Virus record (IMG/VR): IMGVR_UViG_3300012041_000021
Strand: one strand, 5' to 3'
Length of the DNA stretch: 20,000 bases
Origin: an uncultured virus (IMG/VR IMGVR_UViG_3300012041_000021)
Lineage: Duplodnaviria > Heunggongvirae > Uroviricota > Caudoviricetes
Each line of letters opens with the position of its first letter. Position 1 is the first letter of the stretch. The notes beneath the pieces are model-generated. The model was not told the DNA's origin, ran no database searches, and saw only the letters and a program-made list of their open reading frames with translations. A program made the position numbers and the translations under genes. Shown one piece after another: positions 7,418 through 13,159 of the stretch.

Positions 7418-8509
7418 ATGTTAAAAACAGGAAGAGAACTTACAAATGAAACAGTTGAAACAATTAGGAAATTCCAATCAGGAGTATTAAAACCTATTGC
7501 TACCGGAGTTACACACTTAGATGATGCCTTGATGTCCGGCTTGACTCCGGGCATCGTTGTAGGTATTGTTGGTCGAAGTGGTCACGGTAAGAGTTATGAT
7601 ATGGAGCGTATTCAACGGAATATCTTAAAAACACATGACGATGTTCTGTACGTTAACTGTAATTGGGAGCTCTCACATTTTAAATTACTTTTGAGGGACA
7701 TTTCTCAACGTACCGGAGATAATATAGGAAAGATTTTGTTTGAAATGCCCACAGATGCAAAGAGCGAAGAACTTGACCGGATTTTTGAAGATAATAGGAC
7801 AGAGAATGTACTGTATCAAAATGAACCTGTAACTCCTGACGTTTTCTCTCAAGACATAGAAGGTGTTATAAAAGCTAATCCTTTGAAAAAGATAGTAGTT
7901 GCAATTGACAACCTTGAAAATATCCTTATTTCTAAAGGCTCTCAAAAAGAATCTATGGACGCATTGTTGTATCAGGTTAACAGATTGAAAAATCTACATC
8001 CTTACATCTGTTTCATAGTTTTAAATCAAATGAATCAGAACTATCTTTTGAGAATGGACAATCCTAAGAATCAGCGTCCTATTGACAGTGATATTTACGG
8101 TTCTGACCAACTTTACAAGTTATGTGACGTATTGTATGTTAAACTGATTCCTTGGAAACTAGGTATCCATGAGAAATTTATGGTGTTTGGAAAGGACATG
8201 TATTCTTGGTTAGACGAACATAAATTAGTGGCGGGTAATACTGCAAGTTTTGACCCTTACGGTAAGGCTTTCTATTTTTATTTGAAAATGAGAGCAGTTA
8301 GGGATGACAAGAATGTTCAGGACATTCACATAGAAAAGTTATTTACTAGAGAGGGGTCAAATGCTCCTCAAAGACAGAATAATGTTACACCAACTTTCTC
8401 TCAAGTTCCGGTATTTGAATCTGCTCCGTTACCTACAGTGTCTTTAAATGACGCTTTTGGAACGAGCTTTCAGAATAAGGTAGAGGAGGGAGACACCAAT
8501 CCATTTTAA
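7418..8509 (+). CDS. DnaB-like (SF4) replicative helicase
   Basis: IATG..HLD, Walker A GRSGHGKS, Walker B VAIDNL, H3 LNQMN and H4 RPIDSDIYGSDQLYKLCD. No fused primase domain. Confidence 0.9.
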   Translation: MLKTGRELTNETVETIRKFQSGVLKPIATGVTHLDDALMSGLTPGIVVGIVGRSGHGKSYDMERIQRNILKTHDDVLYVNCNWELSHFKLLLRDISQRTGDNIGKILFEMPTDAKSEELDRIFEDNRTENVLYQNEPVTPDVFSQDIEGVIKANPLKKIVVAIDNLENILISKGSQKESMDALLYQVNRLKNLHPYICFIVLNQMNQNYLLRMDNPKNQRPIDSDIYGSDQLYKLCDVLYVKLIPWKLGIHEKFMVFGKDMYSWLDEHKLVAGNTASFDPYGKAFYFYLKMRAVRDDKNVQDIHIEKLFTREGSNAPQRQNNVTPTFSQVPVFESAPLPTVSLNDAFGTSFQNKVEEGDTNPF

Positions 8510-8511
8510 TT

Positions 8512-8781
8512 ATGAAAATAGATGATTTTATAGATGAATACGCTGACATGTCATGGATAGGCTATGGATGTGAAGGCTTGTATAGTAAAGAAACGGTTAA
8601 AATGATGCTCCAAGATTTACTCTCTTTGGCGGCGAAAAAGGCTGAAATAAAAGTACAAAAGAAATCAATGTACGGTAAAAACAGGAAATGGCAAAATGTA
8701 AAAGAAATGGAAATAGACCTATTTGATTGGGAGATTCAGCATTCAGTAGACAAGAGTAGTATTTTAAACATATTAAAATAA
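8512..8781 (+). CDS. Hypothetical protein
   Basis: 89-aa ORF, last gene before the terminator. Confidence 0.75.
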   Translation: MKIDDFIDEYADMSWIGYGCEGLYSKETVKMMLQDLLSLAAKKAEIKVQKKSMYGKNRKWQNVKEMEIDLFDWEIQHSVDKSSILNILK

Positions 8782-8810
8782 AAAACCCTCCTGATAAGGG
8801 AGGGCTCTTT
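8780..8810. terminator. Bidirectional intrinsic terminator between convergent genes
   Basis: AAAAAA-CCCTCC(T)-gataa-(G)GGAGGG-CTCTTT, between the stops at 8781 (+) and 8813 (-). Confidence 0.8.
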
Positions 8811-8812
8811 AA

Positions 8813-9031
8813 CTACATAGTGTACTGATTAGGGTCAACGCCTTTTTCTAAAAAGTAAGCTTGAAGCATCCAATACGCTTTTGCCATGTATTTCACATGT
8901 TCATCATCGTCTTTATCCTCTTCATACTCCTCTTCAGCGCAGTCCAAAGTCTTGTGAATTTGTTTGACAACCAAGTACTCACTGTGCTCCATAGGGAATT
9001 TTCTGAAAAACTCCGTAAAATGCATAGCCAT
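8813..9031 (-). CDS. Small acidic helical protein, second gene of the antisense cassette
   Basis: 72 aa with an acidic tract EEEYEEDKDDDEH. Starts 6 nt after the stop of the upstream minus-strand gene and ends at a terminator. Confidence 0.75.
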   Translation of the reverse strand: MAMHFTEFFRKFPMEHSEYLVVKQIHKTLDCAEEEYEEDKDDDEHVKYMAKAYWMLQAYFLEKGVDPNQYTM

Positions 9032-9037
9032 GATTCG

Positions 9038-9736
9038 TTAACTCTTTACATTCACAGGGTTAGCTGTTTGTGCAACTCCCGCCATAAGACCTCCTACATT
9101 GATGATGTCTTGACCTGCTTTAGCTACTTGGCTAAATACTGTGTCAAATCTTCTAATGTGGTCGAAGTCTCTTTGAGATTGAACTTGCGCTTGAGCTTGT
9201 AACTGTGCTTGTAATTGTGCATTACTGTTTGAGATAGCAATGTTGATGTCTTGACTGTCACCTCTTCTGTGAGAATGTGCCAATTGGTCACGTAATGCGT
9301 CGATTTCTGTCTGATTTATCTTGGCAAGTATCGCCGCGGTTTGGGCAGTTCCTGCTGACGCGATGTCGTCTAGGCGTTTATCGGTCAAAGCCGCGATTGC
9401 TTGCGCCTGTGCCGAAAGCTGCGCCGTATTTCGCTCGGCTTGAATTGCTTGGGCATAGAAGGAATTCATGTTTTGCTTTTCAGCTTCACATATGGCTGTG
9501 GCAATTCCCCTAGCTTCACTGACTGAAGTATCTTTGGCATTTCCAATAGCGGCGAGCAATACTGCCTGACCGTTGCAATCAGTGTCTTTTTTATGACCTG
9601 TAATGTCGCCAATTCCTAATAATCCTAAAAGTCCGAAAGGTGCGATACCTCCAAAACCTCCACCGAAGCCGCCTCCAAGACCTCCACTAAAACCTCCACC
9701 TAAAGCATTGTACTCGCTCGAATTTGTTAAACTCAT
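9038..9736 (-). CDS. Gly-rich hydrophobic N-terminus plus Ala/Gln-rich coiled-coil protein of unknown function (start revised from 9823 to 9736)
   Basis: 232 aa from MSLTNSSEY, with GGGFSGGLGGGFGGGFGGIAPFGLLGLLGIG followed by heptads. The upstream extension is AT-rich and contains a minus-strand -7 box. Confidence 0.85.
   Translation of the reverse strand: MSLTNSSEYNALGGGFSGGLGGGFGGGFGGIAPFGLLGLLGIGDITGHKKDTDCNGQAVLLAAIGNAKDTSVSEARGIATAICEAEKQNMNSFYAQAIQAERNTAQLSAQAQAIAALTDKRLDDIASAGTAQTAAILAKINQTEIDALRDQLAHSHRRGDSQDINIAISNSNAQLQAQLQAQAQVQSQRDFDHIRRFDTVFSQVAKAGQDIINVGGLMAGVAQTANPVNVKS
9647..9700 (-). repeat. Imperfect 12-bp-period tandem repeat encoding (G/S)GG(F/L) units
   Basis: + strand ACCTCCAAAACCTCCACCGAAGCCGCCTCCAAGACCTCCACTAAAACCTCCACC encodes GGGF-SGGL-GGGF-GGGF-GG. 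Confidence 0.6.
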
Positions 9737-9786
9737 GTTGTTTTTAAATTTAAAAATTAATAAATAGTTGTTGAAATATTTCGGGA

Positions 9787-9794
9787 CAAATTTA
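9787..9794 (-). promoter_or_regulatory. Minus-strand -7 box driving the antisense cassette
   Basis: CAAATTTA on + reads TAAATTTG on -, 50 nt upstream of ATG 9736. No good -33 TTTG at 20-nt spacing (TACG). Confidence 0.6.
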
Positions 9795-9826
9795 CGACAA
9801 TTATCTAAGTATCTCGTAATCATATA

Positions 9827-9842
9827 ATTATAGTACTATAAT
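9827..9842. promoter_or_regulatory. Perfect 16-bp palindrome, candidate operator for the adjacent XRE regulator
   Basis: ATTATAGT|ACTATAAT, located between the -33 positions of two divergent promoters. Confidence 0.55.
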
Positions 9843-9843
9843 A

Positions 9844-9875
9844 TTAGTTTTATTCCGGTAGAATTATTATCTTTG
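9844..9875 (+). promoter_or_regulatory. Promoter of the HTH gene
   Basis: TTAG (degenerate -33, 9844-9847), N20, TATCTTTG (9868-9875). Confidence 0.65.
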
Positions 9876-9894
9876 TATTCTAATTTTAAAAAAT

Positions 9895-10152
9895 ATGAGA
9901 AAAGATTTTGATGAAATCGACGTGAAGGAGGTAAAAAGACTGACTAAAGGGGAGTTGGAGAGAGTGGGTAAAAATTTAAAAGGGTTGAGAGTTAAAAACG
10001 GTTTGACTTTAAATGACATTAGTTTCTACACTTACAGTAATATTTCAACTGTAGAGAAATTAGAAGTTTCTAAGTTAGAGAATGTGACCTTATTAACTCT
10101 TATGAAGCTTTCGGTTTTTTATAGTATTCCCCTCAAAGATTTGTTTTTATGA
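9895..10152 (+). CDS. XRE/Cro-C1-family helix-turn-helix regulator
   Basis: VGKNLKGLRVKNGLTLNDIS....NISTVEKLE....NVTLLTLMKLSVFYSIPLKDLF matches the XRE HTH pattern. Confidence 0.88.
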   Translation: MRKDFDEIDVKEVKRLTKGELERVGKNLKGLRVKNGLTLNDISFYTYSNISTVEKLEVSKLENVTLLTLMKLSVFYSIPLKDLFL

Positions 10153-10157
10153 AATTT

Positions 10158-10190
10158 TCCTCCTCATTTATTTGCAGGAGGATTTTTTTT
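10158..10190 (+). terminator. Intrinsic terminator after the HTH gene, overlapping the next promoter
   Basis: TCCTCCT (10158-64), 11-nt loop, AGGAGGA (10176-82), then T8. Confidence 0.8.
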
Positions 10191-10202
10191 GTTATATATT
10201 TG
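10171..10202 (+). promoter_or_regulatory. Bacteroidota sigma-A-type promoter (perfect consensus)
   Basis: TTTG (10171-74), N20, TATATTTG (10195-10202). Confidence 0.8.
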
Positions 10203-10226
10203 CTGAAGAAATAAAAACTAAAAGAT

Positions 10227-10865
10227 ATGCCAAAAATAAAAACAGTTAAATTAAATTTTAATAGTATCGGATTAACGGATTATAGTTATTCTACTTTTAA
10301 AGGTCAATTACAGTATACTTTGTACTATGATGCTAAAGACGACTTTTTCTATTTTGATTGGAAAGAGATAAATAAAGACTTTGAAAATATAAATTATAAT
10401 CAAATATCTCAGTCAAGGTTCGGTCAATGTAGAACATATAGGAAAGCTTTAGAGTTATTAATGTTTACGATAGTTGAAGATAAAACTCTTGAAAAATATA
10501 TAGAGATTAAAATTACTGTAAACAAAACGGAAAAGTCTAATAAAGACACTGATATAATTTCAGTTGGGTCGAATTGGAAAGGTATTAATTTAGAGTTTAA
10601 AAGAATTTTCTTAGTGAGATGCGGGAACTTAATTGGTGTTCAGAATTGTCATAAAGATACTTGGATTGTAGAAAGTGACCCATATTTCACAAACGGTAAA
10701 CCAAAAAATCTAATACCGTACACAAATGAGACTTGGGATTTTTTAACAAATGTAGATAATAATATTAAAGCTTTAGGAGATTTAATTTACAACTTCTTTG
10801 ATGGTGATGTAGAACTGTTGGAAGATAAAATTAAAACTAGTGGTCAAATTTTATTAAATAAATAA
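10227..10865 (+). CDS. Hypothetical protein
   Basis: 212-aa ORF, first gene after a promoter. No motif recognised. Confidence 0.8.
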   Translation: MPKIKTVKLNFNSIGLTDYSYSTFKGQLQYTLYYDAKDDFFYFDWKEINKDFENINYNQISQSRFGQCRTYRKALELLMFTIVEDKTLEKYIEIKITVNKTEKSNKDTDIISVGSNWKGINLEFKRIFLVRCGNLIGVQNCHKDTWIVESDPYFTNGKPKNLIPYTNETWDFLTNVDNNIKALGDLIYNFFDGDVELLEDKIKTSGQILLNK

Positions 10866-10867
10866 CT

Positions 10868-11098
10868 ATGGAACTATCAGATTACGCAGTAAATAAAGAT
10901 GGGAGGTTGGTAAAAACCTTTAAGACACTTGAAGACAAACTTGTGTGGGGTGTTGGAGAATATGGACTTCTTCACGGAGTAGGTAGTTACTTAAGTCTAG
11001 GTATAAAACCTAGCAAGGGTGATTTTCACATCCTAGTTAAACCCACAGAAGATGATATCAATAAATATTACGAAGATTTAAACAGAGAATGGTTATAA
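10868..11098 (+). CDS. Hypothetical protein
   Basis: 76-aa ORF, tightly coupled to neighbours. Confidence 0.7.
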   Translation: MELSDYAVNKDGRLVKTFKTLEDKLVWGVGEYGLLHGVGSYLSLGIKPSKGDFHILVKPTEDDINKYYEDLNREWL

Positions 11099-11385
11099 TG
11101 GAAAAAAGAAATGAATATATAGAATCGGATGGTTTATATTATGAATCAGATACACACGAATGGTTTCACGATAAAGTAAGTACTAAGTATGCTAGAACTA
11201 ACAACGGTTTAAATAAAGATGCATTACCAAATATTTTTGCTTTTGTAACTAGAAATAAAGAGACAGGTGAGTACGACAGAGTGGTAATGGATAGTAAAAC
11301 TAACGAAATTATTTATGATACTAAAAGTTTGGAAGAACTTGCAGGTTTTATTGACAAATTGAAAATTTTAAAACGTTTTAAATAG
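11098..11385 (+). CDS. Hypothetical protein (start probably 11098, TAATG overlap)
   Basis: 95 aa from MEKRNEY. The ORF track starts at 11089. Confidence 0.75.
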   Translation: MEKRNEYIESDGLYYESDTHEWFHDKVSTKYARTNNGLNKDALPNIFAFVTRNKETGEYDRVVMDSKTNEIIYDTKSLEELAGFIDKLKILKRFK

Positions 11386-11387
11386 TC

Positions 11388-11585
11388 ATGAGTTTTATTG
11401 CGCCCGAACACTTAGGTAAGAAACCTTTCTACACTTGTAAAAGGATTCCTAGAAAACTTAAGAAGAAACATATGGAAGCCCTAAAAAGATTAAGCTTCTT
11501 AGATGTAAATGAAAAGTTATGGTTTATCTTAGGAGAGACTAATAGAGAATATAGAGATTTTTTAATTAATAAGATAGTAGAGTAA
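11388..11585 (+). CDS. Small basic hypothetical protein
   Basis: 65 aa with a KRIPRKLKKK motif. TAATG overlap with the next gene. Confidence 0.7.
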   Translation: MSFIAPEHLGKKPFYTCKRIPRKLKKKHMEALKRLSFLDVNEKLWFILGETNREYRDFLINKIVE

Positions 11586-11893
11586 TGAGAAAAAAGATAA
11601 CAGAATATTTTAAAGACATTTCATTAAATGATTGGGATGGAGAAACTTTTTGGAGTTTTAGAGCGTTTATCAACAATTTAGATATCCCCGACGAAGCAAC
11701 TATGAGTAACGAGTATGGAGAGTCATACGCTTCTATAAGTATTAGAAGAGACGAAACTGACGAGGAGTATGAAAAAAGATTAGATGACGAGTCTCGTAAA
11801 AGAGCTGCATCTTTACAGTATCAAGAAGAGAACGAGAAAAAAGAGTACGAAAGATTAAAAGCTAAGTATGAAAATGGAAGTAGAATGGAGTAA
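11585..11893 (+). CDS. Hypothetical protein with a charged C-terminal helix
   Basis: 102 aa. R.ETDEEYEKRL...EKKEYERLKAKYE pattern is frequent in phage small proteins (recognised from memory). Confidence 0.75.
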   Translation: MRKKITEYFKDISLNDWDGETFWSFRAFINNLDIPDEATMSNEYGESYASISIRRDETDEEYEKRLDDESRKRAASLQYQEENEKKEYERLKAKYENGSRME

Positions 11894-12032
11894 ATACAGT
11901 TCACAGTTACCTGTAGCAGAAGCTATTTACGCAAAGCTATTACCTGAGCCGAGAACAGCTAATGAGTTAGCTGACAGACATAATAAAGTAGGAAGTATAA
12001 TTAGATTAATTTTAGAAGAGCATGGAAAATAA
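11868..12032 (+). CDS. Small hypothetical protein (54 aa, not in ORF track; start may be 11874)
   Basis: MKMEVEWSKYSSQLPVAEAIYAKLLPEPRTANELADRHNKVGSIIRLILEEHGK. Fills the gap and overlaps both neighbours. Confidence 0.6.
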   Translation: MKMEVEWSKYSSQLPVAEAIYAKLLPEPRTANELADRHNKVGSIIRLILEEHGK

Positions 12033-12534
12033 AGATATCTTAGATGGTAGTAAATTAATTGCTAACTACCTGAATTGGAAGTATATCCCGTCAAACGACC
12101 TACAGGGGTTTCAAAAAGCAGGATGGCATCAAATAAATAAGCCTCAAATGCTTAAAATAGGTGGATGGGTTAATCATCCTGATGGAGATTTTGCTCATAG
12201 ATGGGTTTGTCGTACACATGCTGCGCTTCGTTTTTATAACTCTATGGATGCGCTTCTTCCCGTAATTGAGAAGTTAGAGAAGGAAGATTTAGGAGAGTAC
12301 TTTTATAAGTGGGAGTTAGAAGGAGAAGAAAGAAGTAACTTCATGAATATATCTTTCACCTTATGGTTTGGAGGTTGTTATTCAGATGCTGAATTACAGT
12401 TAGACCCTCCCATGTCTATCTCAAGTAATATGACTAATAAGTTTACGTGGATTCAGAATACCTTTAAGACGGTTGTGGAAACGATTAAATATGTGGAACA
12501 AGTAAAAAGTAGAAAAGAAGATGAGCTTAATTAA
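12022..12534 (+). CDS. Hypothetical protein
   Basis: 170 aa. KLIANYLNW...LRFYNSMDALLPVIEKLE resembles, from memory, a common Bacteroidota-phage family. Confidence 0.8.
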   Translation: MENKDILDGSKLIANYLNWKYIPSNDLQGFQKAGWHQINKPQMLKIGGWVNHPDGDFAHRWVCRTHAALRFYNSMDALLPVIEKLEKEDLGEYFYKWELEGEERSNFMNISFTLWFGGCYSDAELQLDPPMSISSNMTNKFTWIQNTFKTVVETIKYVEQVKSRKEDELN

Positions 12535-12790
12535 AACAGATAGTGGCGGTAGAATCCGTAAAAGTTGGGTGGAGAAGAAGTCTACTAAAAGATTAGAGGT
12601 AATTAGGGATAAAGCGACATTAAACTACCTCACTCTTAATCATGCGGTTAATATACTAAATAATTTTGGATTAGACTATTTAGAAGCATACTTGGAACGT
12701 GAGAGGTTTATGTATTTAGATTCCCAATTACAAGTGATTATTATGCGGAGGTATAGTGCGGAGATAAAAAGATTAAAAGATGAAATATAA
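12521..12790 (+). CDS. Hypothetical protein
   Basis: 89-aa ORF, overlap-coupled. Confidence 0.65.
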   Translation: MSLIKTDSGGRIRKSWVEKKSTKRLEVIRDKATLNYLTLNHAVNILNNFGLDYLEAYLERERFMYLDSQLQVIIMRRYSAEIKRLKDEI

Positions 12791-12986
12791 AATAGAAAAA
12801 GGAGACCGATTCAAGTGTCTTAAAACATTTAAAATGGAAGATGGAGAAGTGGCTTATAGTAGAGGTCAAGTATACATCTCAGAAGAGGATGGGTGCATTA
12901 CAGATAACGAACCTTATACCACGCATGATATGTCAGATTACGATGAATTTTTTGAATATTTTAAACCTTTGATGAGAGATGAGTAG
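12780..12986 (+). CDS. Hypothetical protein
   Basis: 68 aa, KGDRFKCLK...GQVY...GCITD...FFEYF. Confidence 0.75.
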   Translation: MKYKIEKGDRFKCLKTFKMEDGEVAYSRGQVYISEEDGCITDNEPYTTHDMSDYDEFFEYFKPLMRDE

Positions 12987-13158
12987 TACAATTTACACCC
13001 ATTACAAGAAAGCCGGAAGGTATATAGTGATAACCTTCGGAGAAATGCAGATACTAGATACTTGGTATCCCGCAGTAATCTATAAAAGTTTGGACACAGG
13101 AAAAATATACGTCCGAGAAGAAATTAGTTTTGATAAATCGTTTAATATTTTAGAGTAA
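12979..13158 (+). CDS. DUF1653-like small protein (59 aa, not in ORF track)
   Basis: MSSTIYTHYKKAGRYIVITFGEMQILDTWYPAVIYKSLDTGKIYVREEISFDKSFNILE matches the DUF1653 pattern YxHYK.g.Y.V...V.Y..L..G..yvR...F...F. Confidence 0.75.
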   Translation: MSSTIYTHYKKAGRYIVITFGEMQILDTWYPAVIYKSLDTGKIYVREEISFDKSFNILE

Positions 13159-13159
13159 C

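Noticed and set aside
8861..9513. Plus-strand ORFs 8861..9202 and 9277..9513
   Set aside because: They are shadows of the minus-strand cassette, lie downstream of a terminator, have no promoter and have atypical composition.
9741..9756. 16-bp palindrome TTTTTAAATTTAAAAA
   Set aside because: Pure A/T low-complexity sequence in the A-rich translation leader, so likely chance, although a leader hairpin cannot be excluded.
9737..9823. 29-aa N-terminal extension of the 261-aa ORF
   Set aside because: It is AT-rich leader sequence containing the cassette's own -7 box. The start at 9736 is more plausible.
9895..10152. XRE gene as a lysogeny (CI/Cro) switch
   Set aside because: There is no second divergent HTH, peptidase domain or integrase in the window, and the replication genes look lytic. 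It cannot be excluded from this window alone.
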